From: Candidatus Poribacteria bacterium
GTDB taxonomy: Bacteria; Poribacteria; WGA-4E; WGA-3G
Assembly (NCBI GenBank): GCA_963663765.2
Contig: CAXXUA010000006.1
Location: 224,001-288,000, forward strand
DNA: 64,000 nucleotides
Direction: 5' to 3'
This document shows, one piece after another, positions 21,699 through 32,229 of this stretch. The notes beneath the pieces are model-generated. The model was not told the DNA's origin, made no database searches, and saw nothing but the letters and a program-made list of their open reading frames with translations. The number at the start of each line of letters is the position of its first letter. Position 1 is the first letter of the stretch. Both the position numbers and the translations under genes were made by a program.

Positions 21699-21902
21699 GA
21701 AATCAAAGGTATGAATGCGATATTGCCATACCTCGGATTTCTCGGATTAGACTCTTATATCTTATTGTATGCCTTAGATAACGCTTTTGCTTAGCAATAC
21801 AACCTAATGTTGGTGTATTATCCGTGTCATCCGGGGAATGCAAAAGGCATTCATACCCGGGGAATGCCATACGCGGATTCATATCGTTGATTTCTTGATT
21901 TG
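21699..21902. repeat. Cluster of hairpin+TTGATTT micro-elements inside AATCCGCG-family repeats
   Basis: Minus-strand unit 21699-21734; plus-strand unit from 21833 with a second unit (21859-21894) nested before its TTGATTTG tail. Confidence 0.7.
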
Positions 21903-21959
21903 GTGTAATCTGTGATTCAGTCTAAAAATAACTTTACACAATATACATTTTAAAAAAAG

Positions 21960-21988
21960 TTGACAACATCTTTGAAAAGGTGTATACT
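21960..21988 (+). promoter_or_regulatory. Sigma70-type promoter of the tRNA pair
   Basis: TTGACA-17 bp-TATACT ending 16 bp upstream of tRNA-Leu. Confidence 0.8.
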
Positions 21989-22004
21989 ATAGTATTGTAT
22001 TTTT

Positions 22005-22091
22005 GGTCGAGTGGTGGAATCGGTAGACACAATGGACTTAAAATCCATCGCCCATACAACAGGCGTGAGGGTTCAAGTCCCTCCTCGACCA
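22005..22091 (+). tRNA. tRNA-Leu(TAA)
   Basis: Acceptor GGTCGAG/CTCGACC, anticodon arm ATGGA-CTTAAAA-TCCAT, long variable arm, GGTTCAAGTCC. Confidence 0.95.
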
Positions 22092-22118
22092 CTTCTCATA
22101 CCAAAGAGTATATCTTAT

Positions 22119-22192
<74 letters not shown>

Positions 22193-22241
22193 TCTCACTC
22201 TTATTTCTCTACTATTCCTACTAAAAGCAATTAACTTATTT

Positions 22242-23306
22242 TTACGATAAGACACTTACATCATCGGATGTATGTACCGGATATGGACTGATGTCATAGT
22301 TTCCTTCCAATGAAATGTCTTCTACCATAACTACCCTTTCTGATAAAGCAGATTTATACATTGCGAAAATAGTTTGGACAATATGCAGGTTGCTACGTCC
22401 ATCAGTAAGCGGCTTTTTCTCGGTTTGCAAGCAATCAAGAAAGTGTACCATTGCATTACCAAAGGCATCGGGAAACCATGTGCCATGTATTTCAGGTCTA
22501 ATCTCCTGAATTTCTGGTTCTGTGAGATAGACAGTCATGTCTGCACTGTTTCCAATGATAGCTCCCTTCGTTCCCTGTATTCGGATTTCTTCATGTGGAT
22601 GTTGAAAATTATGTCCAGTATTCGCAAGAAATGACCAATTGCATGAAAGCAAACCTTTTACACCATTACGACATTTGAAGAGTACTACAGACATTGTTTC
22701 CCCTTCTTCAACGGAACGATCATGTCCATGTGCTTGACAATAAACGCTTTCTATTTCTCCAAACCATTTATTGATAAGGCTGATGTGATGCACTTGCATC
22801 ACTGCTATGAGATGTTTAGCGGGATACCCTGTATAGAATCCATTGCAAGTTATGGATACATGGTAGATATCACCAAGGTGTTCAACATTGATGTAAGGTC
22901 CAATGGTGAGAAACCCAGGTACGAAACAAGCGTTCTGATTGATCATCAGCTGCACGTTGTGCTTTTCACACGTATCTACCATTTCAACTGCTTGCTGCAT
23001 CGTCATTGAAAAGGGTTTTTGACAGAAGATGTGTTTACCTGCTTGTGCTGCGGCGTGTACTATGGGGGATCGTATCCATGGATGCACTGCTAAATCAATC
23101 ACATCAATTTGCGTGTCAGTAATCAAATCAACAATGCGCGTATATCTTCTGTTGATTCCAAATCTATCGCCAACTTCGTGTAGTCGTGTTTCATCTTTAT
23201 CGCAAATTGCTGCAACATGCAAATCCTTGCGTTGATAACCGTGTAGGTGTTGTTGTCCTATACCTAAACCTATTAGTCCGATGCCGAAATCTTGATTATT
23301 TAACAT
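22242..23306 (-). CDS. Gfo/Idh/MocA oxidoreductase
   Basis: IGLIGLG Rossmann start, AGKHIFCQKP. Confidence 0.88.
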   Translation of the reverse strand: MLNNQDFGIGLIGLGIGQQHLHGYQRKDLHVAAICDKDETRLHEVGDRFGINRRYTRIVDLITDTQIDVIDLAVHPWIRSPIVHAAAQAGKHIFCQKPFSMTMQQAVEMVDTCEKHNVQLMINQNACFVPGFLTIGPYINVEHLGDIYHVSITCNGFYTGYPAKHLIAVMQVHHISLINKWFGEIESVYCQAHGHDRSVEEGETMSVVLFKCRNGVKGLLSCNWSFLANTGHNFQHPHEEIRIQGTKGAIIGNSADMTVYLTEPEIQEIRPEIHGTWFPDAFGNAMVHFLDCLQTEKKPLTDGRSNLHIVQTIFAMYKSALSERVVMVEDISLEGNYDISPYPVHTSDDVSVLS

Positions 23307-23356
23307 GTGAAGTGTGATTCTTCTGTTTGGTTGAGAAATACGCTTGATAAGTAAAT

Positions 23357-24619
23357 CTAAATACCTATCCCTTCGTCTATTTCTCGTTGGTAAGTATTGA
23401 TAGATTCATCTAACATTTTTTCTATATGGATAATATCGCCAGATGCACCAGATTCTAACATCGCATAAGAAACGGCTACAGAACGCGTGCCATTATACGA
23501 ATCTACTTCAATAGCACAGTTTCCTACAATTGCTTCTGCAAAATCACCATACTCAATAGCGATGATTTTTGCATCCGTATCAGCAAACGGCAAATCATAC
23601 TGCCACAGTCGGTCACCACCAAACAGGTCAGTAGTTACAGCATCAAGACTGAAATCCGGTACAAGTTCCAATACCTTCTCATCGTTAATAGTACCTATTC
23701 CATCAATCTGTAATGATATATTTCTTCCGCTTCGGTCACCGGGTAACGTCATAGACCCTTGTGAACCGTGTATTTGACGCAGCCAACTACCTTGTCCCCA
23801 TGCACCATGGTCTTCTATGTATTGTCCAACGACTCCATTCTTGAATGTCAATGTTGCATAAGCTGCATCTTCAGCGGACGCTTCAAATTCAGCAGGCATC
23901 TTCCGTTGCCATTCAGTATAAACCCCAGCAGGATTTGAGCCGGATTCGCCAGTTGTCGCAGCCGGATTGTGACGGATAGGTTCATGTAAACGTGTTTGTG
24001 CATACACAGTAGCAATCTCACCCAATAGATATTCCATCATGTCTGCATAATGCACACCGACATCAAGCAGTACCCCGCTTTGATCCTTCTGATGTCGCCA
24101 AACAGAGATAAGCATGCGATTTGATCCGCCAATTGCATGATGAACAAGAAAGCGCGGTTCTCCAATAACTTCAGCAGTGAGCAGTGCTTTTGCAAGACGA
24201 TTGATAGGATCACGACGATAGTTTTCTGCTACGCTTAGCACTGCATCTGAGGATTCTACAGCACGACGTATTAAGTTACACGCGCGAACGGTTAACCCCA
24301 TCGGTTTTTCCACCATTGTGTGCCATCCACGCTCAAGTGTCTCCACTGCAACTGTGTGATGATACGGGGGTGTAGTCGTTACGTCTACAGCGTCTACGCC
24401 AACAGCAGCAAGCTGTTCAAGGTTTTCAACAACAGTTAGTTTTTTTCCGAAACGTTCTTCAGCTTTTTTTGCAAGTGATTCTGCATTTTCAATCACAGGA
24501 TCACACGCACCCACAAGGTCAAACCGTTCCCAGCCTACACGATGCAGTTCTGCTAATCCATACATGTGCCTATGTCCCATCCCACCACAACCAACAATTG
24601 CAAGACGAATTTTATCCAT
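23357..24619 (-). CDS. Gfo/Idh/MocA oxidoreductase
   Basis: LAIVGCGGMG, VEKP, LLDVGVHYAD. Confidence 0.9.
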   Translation of the reverse strand: MDKIRLAIVGCGGMGHRHMYGLAELHRVGWERFDLVGACDPVIENAESLAKKAEERFGKKLTVVENLEQLAAVGVDAVDVTTTPPYHHTVAVETLERGWHTMVEKPMGLTVRACNLIRRAVESSDAVLSVAENYRRDPINRLAKALLTAEVIGEPRFLVHHAIGGSNRMLISVWRHQKDQSGVLLDVGVHYADMMEYLLGEIATVYAQTRLHEPIRHNPAATTGESGSNPAGVYTEWQRKMPAEFEASAEDAAYATLTFKNGVVGQYIEDHGAWGQGSWLRQIHGSQGSMTLPGDRSGRNISLQIDGIGTINDEKVLELVPDFSLDAVTTDLFGGDRLWQYDLPFADTDAKIIAIEYGDFAEAIVGNCAIEVDSYNGTRSVAVSYAMLESGASGDIIHIEKMLDESINTYQREIDEGIGI

Positions 24620-24627
24620 ATCACTTC

Positions 24628-26217
24628 CTAACGGTTTAGAATTATGTCTAATCTTTTCAAATCGGTTTCAAACAACCTTGTATCTTTACGGTATATATCG
24701 CGTCGGTTTAACACTTTCGCAGCATAGATTTTACCCCTACTGATAAGCGGTCCGCCTACCCTAACTCTACCCGGTCCAACATTATATGCACCAAGCGCTA
24801 ATGTAAGGTTATTTTCATATTTTCTCAGAAGTCTTTTGAAGTAGATCAGTCCTGCTTCAAGGTTCTTCATAGCATCAAATCGCTCATCAACACTTCCATT
24901 CAGACTCGGTTTGAGTCTGTTTTTGTAATAAGGAACATTCAACCCGATTTCCCTTGCAGTTCCAGGTACCAGCTGCATCAACCCACCAGCACCTGTTTTT
25001 GATACTGCAACAGGATTGAAGTTGGATTCAACATATATAATTGCAAGCAAGAGTTCTATTGATATTTTGTGCTTTTTGGCTATTTGTAGACTATTTTTTC
25101 TTGTTGAATCTTGTGAAGAATTATCAAGGGTTTTGGGATTTTTGCCAGAGGAAGAATCACTAATGCTTGAATCGTTATCTTTCGGTTCAATAAATATCTG
25201 GTCATTGGCACTTGTAGATGTTTTTTCATTATTTACACTATTACCGTAGGCAAATATATTCTGTGAACCACCAAATGTGATACCTAGGGCAAACATGTGC
25301 TTATACTTTAGATTCTCATCATGCAAGAAAGTATAATATGTTTGCTTTCCCCACTTATTGAATGATAAACCTAAACTCCAAGATTGATGAGACGACTCTG
25401 TATCGAAGGAGAAGAGTGACCCAATATTTGCTGCAAAGGGTCCAGTAACAAGTTCAAGACTCGTACCAAAACTTGCAGGATAGACATTATAGCAGGAATG
25501 CCACCTAATCACAGGATGGGGGGTTAATGTTGTTCCAAGAGCAATTTGCTGATCAAATGTTTGTAATACTGTACCATTCTGATGCGGTATAGATACACCA
25601 CTAATATCCTTATACTGCATTCCCACAACAACATAAGGGGAAAGTACCAATGATGCACCAACGTCATAGTTTGGTGCCCAAAGACTGTTGCTTAATGGTG
25701 CGCGCGTATATCCAGTACTTGCACCAAACTGCAGCGGACCGAATTTTCTTGCAAAGGAGAGTAATGCCTGATTGTAACCATACTCAAATGTACCAATAGG
25801 ATTAGAAATATGGTCTACAAGGAAACGGTCAGATGTGTTCAGATCAAGGAAGTTGATACCAAAAGTACCAATCCGTTTGATGGGGTAAGCAAAAGAAAAG
25901 GCACCTTGAGAGAAATCATAGATAAGGTTACCATGATGCAGAGACGCAAGTCCAGCAGGATTCCATAAGGGACTTGTCGCATCATCATTAGTGCTGATAA
26001 AAGCGTGGCTTAAACCCAAACCACGTGTACCAACAACGGGTCTCAGGCCATTATTACCACTTTTGGACTGACTATTGCGTGTTTCAGCAAACAAATCCTT
26101 ATTAAAAAGGGGAACCGTGAAAAAGAGAAGAAAGAAGACTAATAAAAACCAACTTCGTTCACGGTATATCAAGGTGTCGAGCTGGGTTTTCACTTTTGTC
26201 TTTGTACCTGATTTCAA
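24628..26217 (-). CDS. PorV/FadL-like beta-barrel fused to SLT lytic transglycosylase
   Basis: RGLGLSHAFISTNDDATSPLWNPAGLA N-terminal motif; C-terminal VESNFNPVAVSKTGAGGLMQLVP and ALGAYNVGPG; start uncertain. Confidence 0.8.
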   Translation of the reverse strand: MKSGTKTKVKTQLDTLIYRERSWFLLVFFLLFFTVPLFNKDLFAETRNSQSKSGNNGLRPVVGTRGLGLSHAFISTNDDATSPLWNPAGLASLHHGNLIYDFSQGAFSFAYPIKRIGTFGINFLDLNTSDRFLVDHISNPIGTFEYGYNQALLSFARKFGPLQFGASTGYTRAPLSNSLWAPNYDVGASLVLSPYVVVGMQYKDISGVSIPHQNGTVLQTFDQQIALGTTLTPHPVIRWHSCYNVYPASFGTSLELVTGPFAANIGSLFSFDTESSHQSWSLGLSFNKWGKQTYYTFLHDENLKYKHMFALGITFGGSQNIFAYGNSVNNEKTSTSANDQIFIEPKDNDSSISDSSSGKNPKTLDNSSQDSTRKNSLQIAKKHKISIELLLAIIYVESNFNPVAVSKTGAGGLMQLVPGTAREIGLNVPYYKNRLKPSLNGSVDERFDAMKNLEAGLIYFKRLLRKYENNLTLALGAYNVGPGRVRVGGPLISRGKIYAAKVLNRRDIYRKDTRLFETDLKRLDIILNR

Positions 26218-26971
26218 AGTGGAGATGGGGACCTGTAGAAAGTCCAGAATTTCCTGTTAAGCCAATCGCCTGTCCCTGCTTGACAATATCACCTACGGAG
26301 ACACTTATTCTTGATAAATGCGCATACGCTGTCGAAAAATCATCTGTATGTTGTATCACAACTATTCTACCATAACCGCTCATCCATTTTGCTTTACTAA
26401 CCCTACCTGTCTTGGATGCATATACGCGTGTACCTGTAGCTGCACGGAAATCTATACCTTCATGCATCATGTATCTGCGTCTAATCGGATGGTGACGATA
26501 ACCATACTTTGATGTAACATACAACTTTATTTTCAAGGGATTCGCAAAACCTATTATTTCTTCATTTGGTATATAGATTTTCTGATCAATTCTAAGACGT
26601 CTTGGATTGGAAATATCATTAATTCGTTGAAGTTGTTTCCAATTTTGAAAATTGTATTTTTGAGAAATACTGTATAACGAATCTCCAGCTTTTACTACGT
26701 GCCAAACTCCATCAGAACTATTTTCACCATTTACCGGTTTAGTAGCAATTGGGATAAGTAACTTTTCACCGATTTGTAAACGATCATAAGATGTTATACT
26801 GTTAGTTTGAGCAATGGATTTCATAGGCACATCATATTTTCTGGCAATTCCCGATAGAGTCTCCCCTCTTTTGACTTTATGCAGCATTCCAATACACGAA
26901 GATGTCCACGATTCAGATAAAACTATTATGAACAAAACGATTAAAATAGCTTGTATTTTGTTTTTCTTCAT
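26159..26971 (-). CDS. LysM-LysM-M23 peptidoglycan endopeptidase
   Basis: Signal peptide, two LysM repeats, HEGID and HLHFE zinc motifs. Confidence 0.93.
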   Translation of the reverse strand: MKKNKIQAILIVLFIIVLSESWTSSCIGMLHKVKRGETLSGIARKYDVPMKSIAQTNSITSYDRLQIGEKLLIPIATKPVNGENSSDGVWHVVKAGDSLYSISQKYNFQNWKQLQRINDISNPRRLRIDQKIYIPNEEIIGFANPLKIKLYVTSKYGYRHHPIRRRYMMHEGIDFRAATGTRVYASKTGRVSKAKWMSGYGRIVVIQHTDDFSTAYAHLSRISVSVGDIVKQGQAIGLTGNSGLSTGPHLHFEIRYKDKSENPARHLDIP

Positions 26972-27034
26972 TTCATTCCTTATTTTAGTATTGCTAATCA
27001 GAGTTAACTTGTTAATAGTAAGTAAATAGTATTA

Positions 27035-27132
27035 CGACCTATCTCATAAATGGTAGGAGAGGTTTCTAACCCCAATTTAACAGACACATGAACCTGTGAT
27101 TTTGAACAAAATCGCATTTATGAGATACACAG
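27035..27132. mobile_element. IS5-derived MITE (second copy)
   Basis: CGACCTATCTCATAAAT ... ATTTATGAGATACACAG, TA-flanked, homologous to 5293-5384, contains GGTAGGAGAGGTTTCTAACCCC. Confidence 0.8.
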
Positions 27133-27230
27133 TAGTTTTAGTAAGTAAAGGTTTATATTAATTTATGACATAATTATGTAATTAAAGTTCGTAACTCCAA
27201 TTTTATTTTATTTTATTTTGCTGCTAAATT

Positions 27231-27755
27231 CTATTCTTGAACAATTTTTAGTAATATTTCATTTGTTTCTGTGAGTATTTGTGTGTCAGTCTTAATTCCA
27301 GAAGAACCAACAGAGACAACCTCACTAATTGCTGTCACGACAAGTTGGAGAACTTCAACTTGGGTATTTTCTTCTCCTAAAGTACTGGGTGCAGTCCAAG
27401 AAACAGAATAATCTTTTGTGGAAGAAAGAGTTCCATATTCTGTTATATTGAGCCAATTTAACACGATGTCCGATGCATTTACTCCCTGAACCGATGCTGT
27501 TAACTCTATCTGTTCTCCCGGTGTTACAGTTGTTTTTGTAACGGTTATTGTAACATCAAGATCACCGGCTTGTTCCTCATCCTCTGTTGTTACTACTTCA
27601 ATAACTGAATCATCACCATTCTCCATTTCATCATCCATCACATCTGCATCTGATACAGTGTCTGTCACACTGCTTCCACCACAACTCAAACTGCTAAGAA
27701 CAAGACATACAATTAACAACACATTAAACAATACAAGACAACGACTAACTAACAT
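27231..27755 (-). CDS. Putative lipoprotein with Ig-like domain
   Basis: Hydrophobic leader ending SLSC, acidic linker, beta-rich C-terminus; GGAG RBS. Confidence 0.7.
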   Translation of the reverse strand: MLVSRCLVLFNVLLIVCLVLSSLSCGGSSVTDTVSDADVMDDEMENGDDSVIEVVTTEDEEQAGDLDVTITVTKTTVTPGEQIELTASVQGVNASDIVLNWLNITEYGTLSSTKDYSVSWTAPSTLGEENTQVEVLQLVVTAISEVVSVGSSGIKTDTQILTETNEILLKIVQE

Positions 27756-27971
27756 AACTCCACCCTAATTTTATAATATTCCTATAACAATCATAAAATG
27801 ATAACTTGATTCTATCCATCTATATAAAATAAGCATAAAAAGCATTTAAAAAATGCTGACACATTATACAGAATTTTGCATCTATGTAAAACCTTAATAC
27901 AACGATACGTTATAAAATACGAATGAATCAGTAATATAGTTACATGAATAGGTGAGTTTGCTAAAATAATT

Positions 27972-27999
27972 TTAGCAGAGATGGTCATCCCTGCTAAAG
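27972..27999 (-). terminator. Probable intrinsic terminator after the cytochrome c gene
   Basis: TTTAGCAG...CTGCTAAA hairpin immediately past the stop codon. Confidence 0.55.
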
Positions 28000-28003
28000 T
28001 GTA

Positions 28004-28783
28004 TTATCTTGCAGTACTCTCTAACTGCTCTCGTAAGAATGCAAGTAAGTCAGCAATATCTTGATCACTCAGGATATCCGAGGCATAAAAAGGCATAAGT
28101 ATGGGACCTCCACCTCGAATCGTCTTTGCCCAACGAATTACTGTTTTATCAACATCCCGTGGTAATCTTGTACCAACGATCCGTGGTCCGATACCAGCTT
28201 TGAAGGGTGTGGTATGACAAACGATGCATGCACGACCAAAGAGTTTCCAACCTTTCTTAGAATCTCCACTCATCGCAGCAATTTTCTCGGATGCAGTTGT
28301 TTTTGCTTCCTCATCAAGCATTTCCATTGTAAATTCAGGACCTTTGTTGTCACCTGAGATAACTTCAAAATATGCCATGAGCGCTTCTGCATGTTCAGCT
28401 GGAATAGCAGTTGGGTTAACTTTGTCGGGAGCGACCTTTTGTAAGAAATGTTCGTAGCAGAATCCACCGCCACCAGCGGCACGCGCAAAGTCTGCACCAG
28501 TAATCATCCCACCTTTTGCTTCACCACGTTGTGTCACACCTATGACACTATGTCCTGCACGAATTAAACCATCTGGATTTGCTTCCTCGTCAAAATCCGC
28601 GTGACAGTCAGCACAAGCAAGACCACTCACTCTTTTGGGGCTTAAAGTCCCCTTAAAAGTCGGGTCGTGGAATAACTCTCGCCCCAGTTGTGCTTTGTCA
28701 GGCAGCTTTTGCGCTTGTGTAAAATATACCAACACTGCTACCAATATTACACCAATTGTAAGCGAAACGATTTTACGCATCAA
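28004..28783 (-). CDS. Exported diheme c-type cytochrome
   Basis: Signal peptide, CADCH and CIVCH, distal MP. Confidence 0.88.
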   Translation of the reverse strand: MMRKIVSLTIGVILVAVLVYFTQAQKLPDKAQLGRELFHDPTFKGTLSPKRVSGLACADCHADFDEEANPDGLIRAGHSVIGVTQRGEAKGGMITGADFARAAGGGGFCYEHFLQKVAPDKVNPTAIPAEHAEALMAYFEVISGDNKGPEFTMEMLDEEAKTTASEKIAAMSGDSKKGWKLFGRACIVCHTTPFKAGIGPRIVGTRLPRDVDKTVIRWAKTIRGGGPILMPFYASDILSDQDIADLLAFLREQLESTAR

Positions 28784-29004
28784 AAATCTCCTTTATACAA
28801 GTAAAAATCTATTCATTTAAATATTTTAACAATTCTAACTTAATTAGTCAAGATAATTTATACCATTATTCCTGCAATACCATTATTTGACAGAATATTA
28901 TGAAATTCGTTTATTTCATAACAAATAAATTGTCCCCACTAAAGTACACACCGTTGAATAATGAAAAAAATGCTAAAAGAAATGTTTTGTATGGATTAGA
29001 TAAA

Positions 29005-29841
29005 TCATGACCAGACAAAGACCTCATTATCATCAGGAGAATATCCGACGAATACAGCTAAGACAATTCTGGCACGTGTTCCTTTGACAGGTGGAACTTC
29101 GTGTATACAACGAGTATTGAAAAAATACAGATCCCCTTGTTCTAAATTGACTTGACAATTTTCAATGTTATTCTCGCTGGCATATTTATCAAATGTTACA
29201 GCCTCAATGAACGGTTGCACCTCTTCCGTCCATAGACATCTATGAAGTATAGCCTGTGTACCATCACCAGATTCATCTGCATTTTGCATACACAACACAC
29301 CCGCGAATTGGTGTTCAAAGCGATACACCGCATAGTCTGTGCGATTCTCACGGTATTTTACGCTATCAATATGTGGTTTGTAGCTATGTGTTTCATAATG
29401 AACTCTGAATATCGCAGGACCATATTTCTTGCTATCAGGTTCTTGTGCAACCCTTACCTCTTTACCAGGAGCAAGCGCAGCAAGGGAATGATATATTAAG
29501 TTTATTGGATTCTCATACCCATCAAATAGGAATTGGAAGAGATGATGTGTTGCTTCGGCATGTGCGAAAAAACCCTCTCTATCACTCCCACGATTACCAA
29601 GACTTGTCCCAATATCAATCCTTTTTCGCTTGTCAGCGGAATTAATATCTGCTTCATCACGCATCAAACCCATATTTGTGAACCGGTTGATTAATCCATC
29701 ACACTGTTCACGAGGATAAGCATTTCGCAGAATTATAGCAGGTATCTCCACTTGCGAAAGTGTGTAAATTGGGTTACTATAGGTATCACAAACCGTTTTG
29801 AGATCAGGTTCCGTTGGTAACCAGTCATTTCTTTTGTGCAT
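29005..29841 (-). CDS. 2-oxoglutarate/Fe(II) oxygenase-fold protein
   Basis: HID motif, GDLYFFN...HEV, distal R. Confidence 0.75.
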   Translation of the reverse strand: MHKRNDWLPTEPDLKTVCDTYSNPIYTLSQVEIPAIILRNAYPREQCDGLINRFTNMGLMRDEADINSADKRKRIDIGTSLGNRGSDREGFFAHAEATHHLFQFLFDGYENPINLIYHSLAALAPGKEVRVAQEPDSKKYGPAIFRVHYETHSYKPHIDSVKYRENRTDYAVYRFEHQFAGVLCMQNADESGDGTQAILHRCLWTEEVQPFIEAVTFDKYASENNIENCQVNLEQGDLYFFNTRCIHEVPPVKGTRARIVLAVFVGYSPDDNEVFVWS

Positions 29842-29915
29842 AGTTCACTCACAACCTTGGTAAAGTCATCCTCATCAAATTCTGAAGTCTTATATGTTTG
29901 TAGCGTATGATATAT

Positions 29916-30740
29916 TCAAAATTTTGGATTGAATAGATAATCATTGAGTTTATCTGAGACAAATTCTGCATTATGATCAAGTTCACTGTTTTCAAAGGCT
30001 GCTTCACAACCTGTTTGATACTTCAAACGTCTTCTGCTTCGAAGCCAATGTATACGATGTATCATAGCTATCATGTGTCGTGGTTCGTTGGATAGATTTG
30101 GGACACCTCTATGCCACAAACGTATATCCCGAATCATTGCACTACCTTTTTTAGCATTTCCCCTGATAGGTGGGGCGATTTCGCGTCGTTTCGCTTCAAT
30201 ATTGGCATCAATGTCTGTACCACCGAATACCAAATGGGAACCGGGCCAAAGTTCAACGCTGCCATTTTTCTCTGTTGTGTCTTGTGGGGATATATTTACT
30301 ACGACTTCAGCAGCTGGGTGTGCTACCTCCTGATTATTCCACAAATGACCACCATCTCTATGAAGCGGTTGAGTCATACTTCCCGGACAATTGGTGTTCC
30401 CGTTGTAAAAATTATTGTATACACCAGGTCCAAGTAAAGCCTTTGTTACCTGCACTACAAAAGGATTTGCAACAATATCACTAAAGATGTATGGTGCAAA
30501 CGGTGGTGGTCCCTGTTGAAGATGTCCCTTTAACATGCCAGCACCACCCCAATGCTTAGACTTCAACAACAATTGAGAATCTGCATCCATCTTTTCTCGC
30601 AGTATATCAAGACTTTTGTGATTGATAATGTTCTCAATAATAACATAGCCTGCAACTTTAATAGCATCAACCGCTTGCTTGACCCGTTTTTCTGTTAGTA
30701 GACTTGAGGAAATTTCCTTAGGCTGAACTGTTATCACCAT
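29916..30740 (-). CDS. Phytanoyl-CoA dioxygenase (PhyH) family protein
   Basis: QPLHRD, NGSVELWPGSH, WHRG; start at MVITVQ. Confidence 0.88.
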   Translation of the reverse strand: MVITVQPKEISSSLLTEKRVKQAVDAIKVAGYVIIENIINHKSLDILREKMDADSQLLLKSKHWGGAGMLKGHLQQGPPPFAPYIFSDIVANPFVVQVTKALLGPGVYNNFYNGNTNCPGSMTQPLHRDGGHLWNNQEVAHPAAEVVVNISPQDTTEKNGSVELWPGSHLVFGGTDIDANIEAKRREIAPPIRGNAKKGSAMIRDIRLWHRGVPNLSNEPRHMIAMIHRIHWLRSRRRLKYQTGCEAAFENSELDHNAEFVSDKLNDYLFNPKF

Positions 30741-32088
30741 TGAAGAATTCCTTATACAGCGCTCTAACCGCAGTGGCCATGTCAACAGATTTCACTCCAA
30801 ACATCATACTCACCTCATTTGAACCTTGGTTTATAATCTCTATATTGACTTTAGAATCTGCTAATGCGGTTGTTGCTCGTGAAGCAATACCCACCGTGTG
30901 CTGCATGCCTTCACCAACGACCATTATGAGACTTAACCCACGTTCAACTGATATATCCTCAGGCGCAAGGGTTTTACGTATCTGTTCGACTACTCTTTTC
31001 TCTTTATTCGTTGGTAAGTTCTCTTCACGTATGATAACAGATAGATTGTCTATACCTGACGGGATGTGTTCAAAGGAGATATTCTCACTTTCAAAAATCT
31101 GTAATAAACGTCTACCGAAACCAATCTGTCTATTCATCAGATATTTACTTAGATAAATACAGCACACATGACCCATCGCAGCGATACCTACAACAGGAGT
31201 TTCTCTTGAATTGCAGTGAGGAACAATCAATGTACCTGCAGACTTCGGATTGTTTGTATTGCGAATGTGAACAGGTACCATAGCACGATATACCGGTTCA
31301 AGTGCTTCATCATGAAACACTGAAAAACCTGCATAAGAGAGTTCACGCATTTCACGGTAAGTAAGTTCTGAGATTGGAGCAGGATTGGTTACAATGGATG
31401 GGTTTGCAGCAAATACTGAATCAACATCAGTGAAATTTTCATAAACTTCTGCTCTTACAGCACCTGCAAGGATAGCACCAGTTATGTCAGAACCACCACG
31501 TGAAAATGTTACAATGTGACCCTCTTTTGAATATCCAAAGAATCCTGGAAAAATCGTTATTCCTGGTCGTTCACTCAGACTGCGCAGACGGTTGTATGCT
31601 TCAGGAAGCACTTGTGCATTCCCCGGTTCATCAGAGAGAAGCAAGCCAGCATCCTTTGGGTTCACATAGTGTGCATCAACATCACGGGCTTGCAATACTT
31701 GCGCTATTAAACGGGCACAATTATCTTCTCCACCCGCTTTCATCGTATCCATATAGAGATCAGCATCATCTGTGTCGTTTTCAAGACGTTCAGTTAAATC
31801 TCGGGCTATCGGTTCAGCGACTTCAGCGGGGAGCTTCAATTCTTTTACGATATTCCTGTAACGTTCAATAGCCTCAGCGCAGTCGGATGCACCGATTTTT
31901 CCAGCGAGTCTTTCTGATGCCGCTGCAATCAGTAGATCCGTCACCTTAATATCTTGACTGTGTCGTTTTCCCGGCGCTGATACGACAATTAAACGTCTGT
32001 CAGAATCTGCTGTGATGATGTCACATACTTGGCGGACCTGTTCACCCGTTGAGAGTGAACTCCCGCCAAACTTAGATACTTTTAACAA
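30718..32088 (-). CDS. lysC: Aspartate kinase
   Basis: KFGGSS, VVSAPGK, TFSRGGSD, two ACT domains; TTG start after GGAGG. Confidence 0.92.
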   Translation of the reverse strand: MLKVSKFGGSSLSTGEQVRQVCDIITADSDRRLIVVSAPGKRHSQDIKVTDLLIAAASERLAGKIGASDCAEAIERYRNIVKELKLPAEVAEPIARDLTERLENDTDDADLYMDTMKAGGEDNCARLIAQVLQARDVDAHYVNPKDAGLLLSDEPGNAQVLPEAYNRLRSLSERPGITIFPGFFGYSKEGHIVTFSRGGSDITGAILAGAVRAEVYENFTDVDSVFAANPSIVTNPAPISELTYREMRELSYAGFSVFHDEALEPVYRAMVPVHIRNTNNPKSAGTLIVPHCNSRETPVVGIAAMGHVCCIYLSKYLMNRQIGFGRRLLQIFESENISFEHIPSGIDNLSVIIREENLPTNKEKRVVEQIRKTLAPEDISVERGLSLIMVVGEGMQHTVGIASRATTALADSKVNIEIINQGSNEVSMMFGVKSVDMATAVRALYKEFFNGDNSSA

Positions 32089-32229
32089 TCCAATCCTCCA
32101 ATTCATTACCCTGTGTATAATAGAAATAATTCACTAATATAGACATTAGACATGAAATATTCAATTCCAAATTCCATTGTCATTTTACCACGTATACATT
32201 TTTATGTCAAAAAATTATACAAAGCGGAA

